DNA of 59,578 bases, filler included. It is 5 parts of 5 records of this genome, joined end to end, with 100 filler letters (N's around TTAATTAATTAA, not from the genome) between each part and the next. Parts side by side here need not be neighbours in the genome. Positions count along the whole stretch, not along the records: positions 24,407 to 35,352 come from SRR31147125_10926; positions 35,453 to 44,031 come from SRR31147125_10972; 3 more parts are not named here. The stretch is one strand, 5' to 3'. This document shows, piece after piece, positions 31,155 through 42,711 of this stretch; the first letter of the stretch is position 1, and every line of letters starts with the position of its first letter. A model generated the notes under the pieces. It made no database searches and was not told the DNA's origin. It saw only the letters and a program-made list of their open reading frames with translations. The position numbers were made by a program, and so were the translations under genes.

Positions 31155-34100
31155 AGAAATTGATTTTGAAAATGCGATCGAGCACATGCTGATCACCAGC
31201 GGCGGGTATCATAAAGGCGATGCCAAAGGATACGACCCGGAGCGGGCGTTATTTCCTGATGATGTGGTTGACTTTGTCAAGCAGACCCAGCCCAAATTCT
31301 GGGATCGCATCACCCAGCTGGATGCGGCTAAAGCGCCCACAATGCTCATTGACAGTCTGACCAAAGAACTGCATGCCAAAGGGGCATTGTCGGTATTGCG
31401 CCAGGGCTTCAAGTGCGTTGGCAAGACGGTGCGTTTGGCCTTTTTTGCGCCCAACACCGGACTGGACCCGGCAGCGGCGGAACGTTTTGGCCGGAACCGG
31501 TTGACGATTGTAAGACAGGTCAAAACAAAGACCTGCGCCATCCCGGATATTGTTCTGGCGGTAAACGGTTTGCCGGTGGCCACGCTGGAATTGAAAAATC
31601 CCATGTCCGCCACACGCTGGACAGTAGAAAACGCCAAGTATCAATATCGTTTTGAGCGGGACCCTAAAGATCCGCTGTTTGCGTTCAAAGAACGCTGTCT
31701 GGTTCACTTTGCCGTTGATACGGAACTTGTTTATATGACGACAAAACTGGAAGGGAAAGATACATTTTTCCTGCCCTTCAATCTTGGGGAGAATCAAGGT
31801 GCTGGAAATCCGCTGGCCTATGATGATGTGCGCACCTCTTATCTCTGGCGGCAGGTGCTGACCCGTGACAGTCTCATGGATATTCTGGCCCGGTTTATCC
31901 ATCTGGACGTCGAAGAAAAGAGCGTGGTAACCCATAAAGGGATTAAGCGCATTCGAAAAGAAAAGATGATATTCCCGCGCTATCATCAGCTTGTTGCCGT
32001 AAGAAAACTGACCGATCATGCAAAGGCGAATGGTTCCGGTCATAATTATCTGATTCAGCACTCGGCAGGATCGGGAAAATCAAACTCTATCGGCTGGCTG
32101 GCGCATCGGTTGTCCAGCCTGCATGATGCGGACAATGAAAAGATTTTCCATTCGGTGGTGGTCATTACGGATCGCCGGGTACTGGATCAGCAGCTGCAGG
32201 ATACGATTTTCCAGTTCGAACATAAGCTTGGGGTGGTGCAGAAAATCGATGAAAACACCCAGCAGCTGGCCAGGGCGCTGGCAGATGGCGTTCCGATTAT
32301 CATTTCCACCATCCAGAAGTTTCCTTTTATCTCACAGGCCATAAAAACCCTTGAGTCGAAAGGAAAATCGATCGAAATCGCCACTGAAGGAAAACGGTTT
32401 GCCGTGATCGTGGATGAAGCCCACAGCTCACAGAGCGGTGAAACGGCCATGGAGCTGAGAAAAATTCTGAACAAAGACGGCATTGAATCTGCCATCGCCG
32501 AACAACTCCTGGATATGGAAGATGAAACCTTGAGTGAAGCGGCTAAAAAGAATCTTCTTCGGGAACAGCTAAAACGCCCCAAACAGCCAAACTTGAGTTT
32601 CTTTGCCTTTACCGCAACGCCGAAATTTAAAACGCTTTGTGTGTTCAATGAGCCGGGAGCGGACGGAAAGGCGCCGTTTCATCTATACAGCATGCGACAG
32701 GCGATCGAAGAAGGGTTTATTCATGATGTTCTTGAACATTACACCTGCTACAAACGGTACTATAAGCTGATTCAAAAAGCAGAGGAAGACCCGGAAGTTC
32801 CGCGTCGTAAAGCGGCCCGGGCACTGGCCCGTTTTGTTCAGTTTCATGATTATGAGATTGCCCAGAAGGTTGAAGTTATTGTTGAACACTTCAGAACGCA
32901 CACCCGCCATAAAATCGGCGGGCGGGCAAAAGCCATGGTGGTCACAAGTTCACGTGAGCACGCGGTGCGTTACAAGCTTGGGTTTGATAAATATATCAAG
33001 CGCAAGGGTTACACCGACGTTAAGTCTCTGGTGGCGTTTTCAGGTGAAATCACACTGAAAGAATTTGCCGACAAGAAATTTACTGAAGTCGGTATGAACA
33101 ATGGTATTAAAGAATCGGAACTACCGGAAAAATTCAATACGGAAGAGTACCAGGTTCTGCTTGTTGCTGAAAAATATCAAACAGGCTTTGATCAGCCGCT
33201 TTTGCATACCATGTATGTTGACAAGACGCTTTCCGGAATTCAGGCAGTGCAGACCCTGTCACGCCTAAACCGTACAATTCGAGGAAAAACAGATACCTTT
33301 GTACTGGATTTTGTGAATGAACCGGAAGATATATTCCTTGCCTTCAAACCATATTATGAAGTGACCGGTAAAGGAGAAGATACGGATCCACAGCAGCTGA
33401 ACACGTTGGCTCATACCCTGATTAACTGGAAAATATTTACCAATGATGAGGTAAACAGCTGGTGTGAAATCTGGTTCCGTAATCGCCTGAACCCAACAGG
33501 TGGTGAGCATAAAAAACTTAACGCGATGTTGGATGTGGCGGTGAAACGATTTGCAGATTTAAGTGAAGAAGATCAGAACCTGTTCAAAGGCCAACTGGTC
33601 AGCTTTCGCAAGCTGTACAGCTTTGTTTCGCAAATCATACCCTATCAAGACTCTGATCATGAAAAGCTCTATTCCTATGTGCGTTTTTTAATTACCAAGC
33701 TGCCTCGAACAACGGATACGCGAACTGTACATATTGATGATGACGTTGAGTTGAAATATTATCGATTGCAGAAAATCAGTGAAGGAAAAATTGATTTAAT
33801 GGTCGGTGAAACCCAGGCAGTTTATGGCCCTACCGAGGTGGGGACCGGGCAGGCTGAAGATGAGGTGCAGCTATCTACTCTGGTTGACAAACTGAACGAG
33901 CGTTTCGGGACAGAGTTTACACCTGCTGACCAGCTGTTTTTTGATCAGGTAAGAGAAACTGCCGTTGCCAATGAAAAACTGCGACAAGCAGTTATGGCAA
34001 ACAGCCTTGAGAATTTCGAACCTGTTTTCAACAAACAGTTGGAAAACCTGTTTGTTGAACGCATGGACGGGAACGAAGAGATTTTTATCAGGCTTATGAA

Positions 34101-34179
34101 TGATGAATCTTTCAGAAATGTTGCGGCAACCTATCTGGTAAAAGCCGTATACAGCCAAGTTAAAGAAACGACCGTTTAA
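31147..34179 (+). CDS. hsdR: Type I restriction endonuclease subunit R
   Basis: PD...ELK nuclease motif, Walker A QHSAGSGKS, DEAH box, FTATPK, QTGFDQP and QTLSRLNR. Confidence 0.97.
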   Translation: MHKEIDFENAIEHMLITSGGYHKGDAKGYDPERALFPDDVVDFVKQTQPKFWDRITQLDAAKAPTMLIDSLTKELHAKGALSVLRQGFKCVGKTVRLAFFAPNTGLDPAAAERFGRNRLTIVRQVKTKTCAIPDIVLAVNGLPVATLELKNPMSATRWTVENAKYQYRFERDPKDPLFAFKERCLVHFAVDTELVYMTTKLEGKDTFFLPFNLGENQGAGNPLAYDDVRTSYLWRQVLTRDSLMDILARFIHLDVEEKSVVTHKGIKRIRKEKMIFPRYHQLVAVRKLTDHAKANGSGHNYLIQHSAGSGKSNSIGWLAHRLSSLHDADNEKIFHSVVVITDRRVLDQQLQDTIFQFEHKLGVVQKIDENTQQLARALADGVPIIISTIQKFPFISQAIKTLESKGKSIEIATEGKRFAVIVDEAHSSQSGETAMELRKILNKDGIESAIAEQLLDMEDETLSEAAKKNLLREQLKRPKQPNLSFFAFTATPKFKTLCVFNEPGADGKAPFHLYSMRQAIEEGFIHDVLEHYTCYKRYYKLIQKAEEDPEVPRRKAARALARFVQFHDYEIAQKVEVIVEHFRTHTRHKIGGRAKAMVVTSSREHAVRYKLGFDKYIKRKGYTDVKSLVAFSGEITLKEFADKKFTEVGMNNGIKESELPEKFNTEEYQVLLVAEKYQTGFDQPLLHTMYVDKTLSGIQAVQTLSRLNRTIRGKTDTFVLDFVNEPEDIFLAFKPYYEVTGKGEDTDPQQLNTLAHTLINWKIFTNDEVNSWCEIWFRNRLNPTGGEHKKLNAMLDVAVKRFADLSEEDQNLFKGQLVSFRKLYSFVSQIIPYQDSDHEKLYSYVRFLITKLPRTTDTRTVHIDDDVELKYYRLQKISEGKIDLMVGETQAVYGPTEVGTGQAEDEVQLSTLVDKLNERFGTEFTPADQLFFDQVRETAVANEKLRQAVMANSLENFEPVFNKQLENLFVERMDGNEEIFIRLMNDESFRNVAATYLVKAVYSQVKETTV

Positions 34180-34200
34180 GGGGTTACAGGGAGTAATACT

Positions 34201-34305
34201 ATGAACCTTAAAGACGCAGCTATAAAAATGTTTAAGGACTCCCCAAGCAATATGAAAGCGGCATCGGATACTTTTGTTATCGGTGACATAGCCCTTGATT
34301 TCTAA
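34201..34305 (+). CDS. 34-aa ORF after hsdR, possibly a truncated gene
   Basis: GGGAG RBS, then MNLKDAAIKMFKDSPSNMKAASDTFVIGDIALDF*. Confidence 0.3.
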   Translation: MNLKDAAIKMFKDSPSNMKAASDTFVIGDIALDF

Positions 34306-34893
34306 TTTGGGAGATCAAAGCAAGGGTTTCAAGTGAAGCCTCCCTCCAAAGCAAGTCCCACTTTCCGAGTGGAAATTTACCCCGGACTTTCCCTGTCAGT
34401 CAACAGGACTATTCTAAACCCGATACATAATTGTCAAAACGTATTGACTATCGATTGAAAAGGCCTGAAAACCTGACATTTGATTTAGAATCAACCCAAA
34501 AACTCAATAGAAAACCTATCGGACTGCAAACGATCTCAAAATGAAATTCTCCAAATGCAGAATTCAGAGCCCAAGACCATTATTTATACTCAAGACTTAG
34601 AGATTACTTGTTTTCCAAATTTTAATTGCCGTGAGAAGCAACACATATGCCTGTTGGTCATGGGCAAACACCCTGCAAATAAAGACGCTTACTTCATCCA
34701 CCCTTCCCAAAGCACGACCGAATCAGCCCCGATATCAACTTTGCAAGTTAAGATTCCTGATCAACGCCAAATATTTTTTACCGACGAGAATTATAAATGA
34801 CGTTGATCATACTTCCTTGGGTACTCATCGGTTGCCTTTAAAGTGCATTTGCTCACAAATAAAGGCGGTACCGATAGGTAGCTTTTATGAGGA

Positions 34894-35352
34894 TCAGCAG
34901 ATTCGGGAAGCTGCTCCCCTGTAAGCATATCCACAATCCGAGTGCCGCCAATAAGGGTTTCAAGGACCACCCGGCCGGGATCGCTTTGGGTGACCTCCCC
35001 CACAATCACAGCCTCTTTGCCGAACTCATCCTTTTGGATGATCTCCAAAACCTTTTGCGCCTCTTTTTCCGGCACAATGGCAATGAGTTTGCCCTCATTG
35101 GCAAGGTATAAGGAATCAAACCCCAGAAGCTCACAAATGCCCTGGACAGATCCTCTCACCGGCAGATCCTTTTCAAACAGACGGATGCCGGCATTGGACT
35201 GGGCCGCAATCTCGTTCAAGGTGGTACCCAGGCCGCCTCTGGTGGGATCCCGGAGGACATGAACCTCACAGCCGCTGCCCAGAATGGCCTGGACCATATG
35301 GTTCAGGGGGGCGGAATCCGATTTGACGTCTGAGTCAAAATTCAGCCCCTCC
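34894..35352 (-). CDS. hypE: Hydrogenase maturation carbamoyl dehydratase, 5'-truncated; 1-nt frameshift near the end
   Basis: SDSAPLN, LRDPTRGG, CELLGFD.LYLANEGK and GGTRIVDMLTGEQLP. One added C restores the invariant PRIC* terminus (stop at 34894-34896). Confidence 0.95.
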
Positions 35353-35452
35353 NNNNNNNNNNNNNNNNNNNNNNNNNNNNNNNNNNNNNNNNNNNNTTAA
35401 TTAATTAANNNNNNNNNNNNNNNNNNNNNNNNNNNNNNNNNNNNNNNNNNNN
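35353..35452. other. Artificial contig spacer
   Basis: 44 N + TTAATTAATTAA + 44 N. Confidence 0.99.
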
Positions 35453-36193
35453 CCTGGTTTTTTAATAATTGTTCCTCAGGTACAGGTCGAAAAGTTCTGG
35501 CAGGGTTCCGGCAACAATAGTTCCTGCGGGTACATCTTTTGTGACAACAGCCCCGGCAGCAACAACAGCGTCCTCCTCGATAACTTTACCTGGCAGGATA
35601 ACAGCGTGCCCGCCTATTCGTCCCCCATTCTTAAGCGTGACGCCTTTGAAATGTTTAAATCGTTCTTCGGTTCGTCCCATGAAATTATCATTTGTCGTAT
35701 GAACACCAGGCGCAATAAAGCAATAATCACCAACCTCTGAATATGCGGTAATATAACAGTTGGTTTCCAGTTTACACTTTTTTCCAACTTGCGTAAAATT
35801 CTCAACCGTGGCATTCCGACCGACAATAGTTGCTTCACCTATAGATACGTTCTCACGTACGGCAGCACCGTCAGCGACCAGAACACTGTCGCCAATTTCA
35901 CAACCAGTATAGATAACGACCTGAGCACCAAACATACAATTATTACCGATTTTTGCAGGCGGTAATGCCTTTTCATCTTTAAAGATACTTCGTTTGGCTC
36001 GCATGGGTTGTTTTCCGATGACCGTACAATCATCAACCCGGACATTATCTCCGAGTTGAGCGCCTTCTCTTATGACAACATTATGGCCGATCATACAGTC
36101 TTTACCGATGACCACATCTTTTTCAATAACAGTGAATTCACCTATGGTTGTTCCTTCACCAATATTCGCCTTTTCGGATATTGAATTTGGCAT
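35453..36193 (-). CDS. Hexapeptide-repeat sugar N-acetyltransferase (WbpD/WlbB-like); frameshift near the 3' end
   Basis: Left-handed beta-helix repeats, FIAPGV.TTND and GAVVTKDVP..TIVAG; one added C restores GTPAR. Confidence 0.85.
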
Positions 36194-36205
36194 AAACTCT
36201 CCTTT

Positions 36206-37225
36206 CTACAAACTATTAATATCAACAGGTTGGCCACCTAAAGAAAGTGACTTTTGAGCCGCTTCCAACACCTTTGATACTCTCAGGCCATCTTCTCCAT
36301 TACTTACAGGCTCTTTACCCTCCATGATACACTCTATAAAATGCTGACATTCAAGGGACAACGGTTCTTTCATTTTAATAAAGGGGATATTAATATCACC
36401 GGATCTCAGGCTGATAGCTTGATTATAATCCACAAAGCCTTCTTTGAAATCCACACCCTTGTCATAAATTCTCATCTTTTCTGACGATTCCATATCGTCC
36501 AGCACAGCCATTTTTTTGGATCCGACCACAGTCAACTTACGTATCTTGTGTGGATCCAGCCAGCTGACATGTAAATGCGCCATTTTCTTGTTGGGAAAAT
36601 GAATGGTCGTGAACACCACATCTTCGATGCCCTCACGTAAATAGGACTGCCCGGTCGATACAACTCGGATCGGCTCTTCCTGCATCAACATCAGTGCGAT
36701 GGAAATATCATGTGGTGCAAAACTCCACAAGGCATTCTCATGTTCACGAACAACGCCAAGATTTACTCTTGTCGAATAAAGATAAAATGTCTCACCCAGC
36801 TCTCCAGAATCGACCAAGTCCTTCATTTTCAAAAATCCGGGATGATATTCCAGTATATGCCCGACCATAATGATGCGTTCTTTTTCCTTCGCAAGCTTGA
36901 CAAGGGCTTCACCATCTCTTGCATTTAATACCATGGGTTTTTCTACGAAAACGTGTTTGCCATTTTCAAGGGCTCCCTTGGCTAAATTGAAATGAGTCTC
37001 AGGTGTTGTTGCTATGACAATCGCATCAACATCGTCGTCATTTATAACTCTATCTTCATCTGCCACAGTTTCGATTCCAGGATATTGTTTCCCCACGCTT
37101 GTCCGTATATTTTCATCCAGTTCGCACACGAGTTTTACATTAACTCCCGGCATACCTGCGAAATTACGTAATAAATTTTTACCCCAGTTCCCAACGCCAA
37201 TCTGTGCAATCGTTAATTTTTCCAC
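36206..37225 (-). CDS. Gfo/Idh/MocA oxidoreductase (WbpB/WlbA-like nucleotide-sugar dehydrogenase)
   Basis: IGVGNWGKN, IATTPETH, GKHVFVEKP, APHD and SWLDPHKIR; GTG start after GGAGG. Confidence 0.88.
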   Translation of the reverse strand: MEKLTIAQIGVGNWGKNLLRNFAGMPGVNVKLVCELDENIRTSVGKQYPGIETVADEDRVINDDDVDAIVIATTPETHFNLAKGALENGKHVFVEKPMVLNARDGEALVKLAKEKERIIMVGHILEYHPGFLKMKDLVDSGELGETFYLYSTRVNLGVVREHENALWSFAPHDISIALMLMQEEPIRVVSTGQSYLREGIEDVVFTTIHFPNKKMAHLHVSWLDPHKIRKLTVVGSKKMAVLDDMESSEKMRIYDKGVDFKEGFVDYNQAISLRSGDINIPFIKMKEPLSLECQHFIECIMEGKEPVSNGEDGLRVSKVLEAAQKSLSLGGQPVDINSL

Positions 37226-37447
37226 TATGTTTCCTCCTTTATGGTGTTTTGCATACAAAAGTCAAAAATGGAACCTGTCACAAATCACAAAAATGGTATA
37301 TTTTCAATGACCATCTTAAATTGCTTAAATATCAATCTGACAGCTAATATGCCATATATTTTCGGATTTGATTCTTTTAATCACAATGATGATCACGCCT
37401 TGCAACCATATATTACTCACGTGACGTCCACACTATTCTAAATAAAT

Positions 37448-39261
37448 CTAATTTTTTGAAAACAACCTGAAATTGATACCCATTGAAATCCATCGTCCGG
37501 GCATAGGTACACCAACAATTTCAACGTAATCTGTGTTCAACACATTCGTAGCCTTTAAAAGGAAATCCCAGGATTTATACTCTTTAACAATCGCAGCGTC
37601 CAGCAAAAAATATGTCCTGCTTTCAGCTCTTTTTTTCCACTGGCATTTCCAGTTGCCTTTCAAACCGAATAACAGTCGGTTTTCTATTCCAATGATAAAT
37701 TGATTTTTCAGGTAATTCAATGCATATTTCGACTCGTAATCTCCGGTGCTCTTATCCGAATGAACCAGAGTTAACGAACAATTTATTGATGATATGACCG
37801 GGAAAGGATCTGGAACAAGGTGTAAATCTATCTCTATTCCGTTTGTATTTATTCTTGATAAATTCTCGACCTGCCATGCTGATCCAGGATCATGCCGGGC
37901 CCAATCAATAACATTACGGCCTTTTCTGGTAAAAAATTCATCCCGGCTATAGTATACTGATGTACCCAACGGGTACCGATCTCATAGGATTCTGCCTCAC
38001 TGTATGTTAATTGAGGATTACCAACATTTGCCGGACTTTTATAGTAAAGTTCGGTAAAAGATGGCATCCGAAAGGATCGCCCGGCAGAGGCATAAAAAAA
38101 CAAATCCTTTAACACGTGAAATCGTACATCCATCCCCGGCCATACTTTCCATCCCCATTTGCAATAATGAAAAAAATGAATGGCCGAATTTACACCACAT
38201 CTGCTACCGGCATTTAAGTGATGCACCAATGAGATACCACTCAATATCCTCGAATGATGTCCCAAACTACTACTTGTAATCGATTCCTTTTTTGCTTCAC
38301 TGGCAACCAATATTGTTCCGATATCGGTGTTCAGCTCAAAAGGCACTTCCAGACCATAAACATGTGTTTTGTGTTGATTACGATACCAATCCGGACGCGC
38401 GTTATCCAGTATGAAATCGTCATCATGAGCCCGCCAATACAACCTGGGCATAACAGACATCCACCTGCAATTCAGCCAGGTTTCAGTTTTCACAAAAAGT
38501 GTTTCAGTATGTTCCCTCTCATTTGGAAATTGCTCTGAATAAAAACTGTTTGCTCCAAACTTTTTATCCGTGTAACCGACGAAAAAATCAACTTTCTTTT
38601 TACGTATCGGCAATGACGCCTGATAAGATGCGTTCAATATATCAAAATTTGTGTATTCAATGTATCCGTCAGATCGCTTTTTTGTTAAAGAAATTCGGTT
38701 TTTCATTTTGCCAACAGGGCGACTCAAAGAGAAATGGCCACCAATATATCCATAATCACCCCAGGTAGCATGAAGAGTTGTGCCTTTTATATTTTTTGTT
38801 ATAACATTGATGACACCAGCAAGAGCATCGGCTCCATACAGTCCCGTTCCATGACCGCGTAAAATCTCAATCCGTTCTATATCATATAACGATACAGGTA
38901 GATCTAGATTATGATGTGCGGTCTGCGGATCATTTATTTTTACACCGTCAATTAAAATGAGTGTTTCTTCAAATGATCCGCCACGAATACCAGCTTCAGC
39001 CTGAACGCCGGCTGGGCCTCTTTTCACCAGATCCACACTGCCAACATAAGCTAATAATTCCTGCACACTGTTGGCAGGGGAGCTTTTAATTTCTTCTGCA
39101 GTAATAACAGTGACACTTTTGCCAATCTTGGAAAAAAGTGTGGGGATCCTGTTCGCGGTTACGATTATCGGATCAAATTCATAATCAACTTTATCTTGGC
39201 CAAACAACAAAACAGAACAACTCAATATAGAGATATATATAACAGGAAAAAATTGCTTCAT
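37448..39261 (-). CDS. TonB-dependent receptor (BtuB-like plug + barrel), split by a 1-nt frameshift at ~37940
   Basis: IIVTANR TonB-box region, LILIDGVKIND, IERIEILRG...LYGADALAGVINVIT, FRMPSFTELYY and NVLN..Y...PMPGR. Confidence 0.9.
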
Positions 39262-39302
39262 AAAAACTTTTTAGAATCCTAATTATACCCCTGTAAATGA
39301 GT

Positions 39303-40557
39303 TCATCTCTTCAACTTTTGTTTTATATTTAACAGGTCCTGACGAAATTCATCCAGAATACTTTCTATCTGCTTTTTTATCCGGACGATCTTCAAGCTGA
39401 ATCATATATTCCTGTGCAAAGACCCAAAAAAAACTAAAAATCACACTCAAGAAACCAAAAACAACAACTAATCGCTTGCGCTTGGGAGAACTGCGAACTA
39501 CAGGAGGAACTGCCTTGTCCAGAACTTGCACTGTAGGCGTATCCCGGGCTTCCTGGATTTTAGCCTGATAATATTGTTGATTTAACAATCCCCAGACTGT
39601 TTCCTGCACTTTGGCTTCCCGGGTCAATTCTGCTAATTGCAATCCGATCTCCGGTACATCTGCAAAAGGTAAATAAAATTCACTATTCCCTTTTTCGGCA
39701 GGATCGTTACCATATTGAAGTTCTTTATAGCGCTTGTTCAATTCATCAAGTTCTCTCTGCGCTCTCACCACCAATGTATTTCCAGCCTTCATGGTTTGTT
39801 GCATGACACCCAATTGCACTTCTTTTGCGATGATCTGGCCTTTCACTTCGCCTGCCTGCTGGATGGCTGCTTTCATTTGTTCTTCTATGGAAACAGCTTT
39901 ATGCTGCTGCTGAAAATCAGCCAACTCTTTTGTGACATCGGCTAACCGCTTTTCTGTTTCACGCAACTGGGTCTCGATATATATTCTGGAATTTTTCGCT
40001 CTTGAAACACTTTTGCGGCGGTTAACTTTGTCCAACTCTTCTACATAGGCATTCGCCACATCCGCTGCCAGGTTCCTGTTTTTTGTCGTTACAGCAATAG
40101 AAATAATGCCCTGTTTTGAAGCTGTGAATCGTACCAGTTTATTTATCTTGAGCAATGCTTTATCGATAGATGGAAAATGAAGGAGTCTATGCAGAGGTAA
40201 AGAATCATTATCGCTCTTAAAGTAACGAGTCAAGACGAGCTCATTTACAGATCTGCTTTTTAAAATTTCGACCATGATCTCGGAAGAGGAAGCCCCTGAT
40301 GTTGGCAATCCCAATCCGGGTACGGCAACTTCGGCCAGCACGCTTTCCATGGTAGACTTGCTTTGATCCTGCGGCGGCATCAATGTTACGACAGAGGTAT
40401 ATTTTTGCGGTAACACAAAAGAAATCAATGCAACCAGTACAACTGTGACGAGCACATTTCGCCCGATCATCCACCGATGCATGACAATGATCCTTAGGAA
40501 ATACAATAAATTGATTTCCTTAACGTTTTTATCTTCATTTTTAGTTTCGACTATCAT
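39303..40557 (-). CDS. Wzz/GumC-type polysaccharide co-polymerase
   Basis: Two TMs flanking a coiled coil; VQVLDKAVPP..RSSPKR. Removing one base from the homopolymer at ~39375 extends the frame to a stop at 39303. Confidence 0.85.
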
Positions 40558-40558
40558 A

Positions 40559-42538
40559 TTATTCCGTTGCATTTTTGATAACAAGATAAATTGTTGCCAT
40601 TTGACCTGCAACTAACATTGTGTCGCGAAAAATTCTCCAGAAATTACGCTCTTGTTTGCGAGGCACCCATATTCGGTCACCTGGTACAAAAGATTTAACA
40701 TCTTCTTCATCCAGTATCTCACCTGTGACTTTAATAACTTTTGCTTTTCCCCCGTTGGCATCCCAACTAAAACCGCCTGCTTTTTTAATGTAATAATCGA
40801 ACTTTTGTCGGATTTATACAACACACCTCCGGGTTTGGATACGCGTCCGGAAACAAAAACCACATCCGGCTTTTCAGGGATGACAATCACATCCCCTTCC
40901 TTTAAAAGAACATCTTCTGATTTCTTGTTTTTAACAATTAATTCATAAAAATCCAGAACAATTTCACGAACATCTTCTGTATTTTGCTTCATGACAAAAT
41001 ACTCGTATTCCAGATCACTCATTTCATCACGTTGCATGTTTTTTAGCCGCTGGAATTCCTTATCTTCCAGCATGGGTTCACGAAAGCGAACGAGTTTGGC
41101 TTCACTAATTAGGGCCTCTTTGGTAAATCCGCCTACCTGTTCAAAAATGTCACTGAGAAAAGTTGAATCGCGAACAATGGGATAAAAACCCGGAAATTGC
41201 ACTTCACCACGTACTTCAACAAGTGGTCCAACCTGCCATTCAGGGATCCTTCTTATAAAGACATGATCATCCGGCTCCAAAATAATGTCTTTACCCGGAT
41301 TTGTACCAGACAGCAAACTGTCAAGATTTATTTTGATCGTTTTTGCTGGTTTTTTAGGATCGACCTTGGCCACTTCAGCACTTAAATGATAGGCACTACG
41401 GGTCAGGCTGCCAGCTTTTAATACCAGATCACTTACATGCATATTTTCTTCAAATTCATACTCGCCAGGCTTATTAACCTCACCAAGAATAGTCACAAAT
41501 TGTTTGGGTCTCTGATCCAGTTTTGAATAAACATGAACTCGATCATTATTTGTTAAAACACATTCAGACGACGTGTCAGCAAAAACATTTTTTTCTGACA
41601 GATTCACATATCGGATAGACCTGTCACCTTCCGGCTTTAGCGAACTCAGTTCAACTTTGTCCCTAAAGGCAAGATCAGTAAATCCACCAGCCAGTGAAAT
41701 GATGTCACAAAGATTTTCCACTTTGTTTGGGTTAAGCTCATAAATCGCTTCCCTGTTTACCTCACCAGTAACTCTGACATGGGAACGAATGATGGGGACA
41801 AATATCTTATCACCATTTTGCAGGAAAAAATCGGGTTCTCTTTTGGGATCAAGCAGGAAATCATACAGATCATTGTGTGCCGCAAGACTATCATGACGAA
41901 AAACCTGGACATCCCGGATGGATCCCTGATGTGTCGGTCCCTGAGCGCGGACAACAGCCTCAAGAACAGTATTAAGCGCACTGATCACATAATTTCCAGG
42001 TGCCTGTACTTCTCCAATAACACTAACTTGAATGTTTTTTGGTCTGATCAGCATCACCTCAATATTGAAATTGCTATAAAATACCCCAAGTCTCTTGTCT
42101 ATCACAGAGCGAAATTCTTCTATCGTTAAACCACTGACAGAAAATATACCTACAGTCGGGATGTATATTTTACCATCAACGCTGACGATAACCTCAAAAT
42201 GTTGTTCTGCTTTACCACCAAGATAAATACCGAGATGATCGCCAGCCCCTAAACGATAAAGACGAGGTAATGAGCCGGGAATCTCAGAAATTTCAGATAA
42301 TGGCTGCCCCCGGAACAGACTATTGCCAAAAATCTCCAGTCCTTCTTTCAAAATGCTTCCCTCAAGAAAATTTTCTTCAGAACTCTCTTTAGAGGCATTC
42401 AATTCAACTTGTTGATTCATGTGGGACGGGATTAGATTCTCTTGTGCAAATGCAAACCTGTTCTGTGCCCAAAAAAAAAGACAACAAACTTTGAAAAACA
42501 ATAAAGACGAGAGCATGTCTATCGAAATAATTTTTCAT
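40559..42538 (-). CDS. Multi-SLBB polysaccharide export protein (Wza/KpsD-like); frameshifts at ~40803 and possibly ~42475
   Basis: YRLGAGD, DGKIYIP.VG, repeated V.GEV..PG.Y and AGG motifs; the corrected C-terminus reads YYIKKAGGF...PGDRIWVPRK...NATE*. Confidence 0.88.
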
Positions 42539-42711
42539 AGGTTTAATAATTGTTAGAGATTCGTTGGGAATGGAAATTTATCACTAGCTGACAGATGCTA
42601 TATTAATCAAACATATAACTTTAGTAAAATATTTACTACTTAATATAATTAATAATGCTATTTGAATCAATATATTATTGGGGATTGACACATTCATTAT
42701 ATTTATTATTT

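Noticed and set aside
28640-32061. Long antisense ORFs (276 aa at 28640-29470 and 270 aa at 31249-32061)
   Set aside because: They shadow well-supported genes on the opposite strand and show no motifs.
25439-34179. Prophage, ICE or BREX/DISARM system suggested by the excisionase
   Set aside because: No integrase, phage, conjugation, pglZ/brxC or drm genes; the content is a type I RM operon.
34555-34924. Short ORFs between hsdR and hypE, and the extended HypE C-terminus
   Set aside because: No motifs or RBS; the HypE extension results from a one-base error before PRIC*.
39262-39302. Cobalamin riboswitch ahead of the BtuB-like gene
   Set aside because: Only ~40 bp are available and no conserved B12-box was seen.
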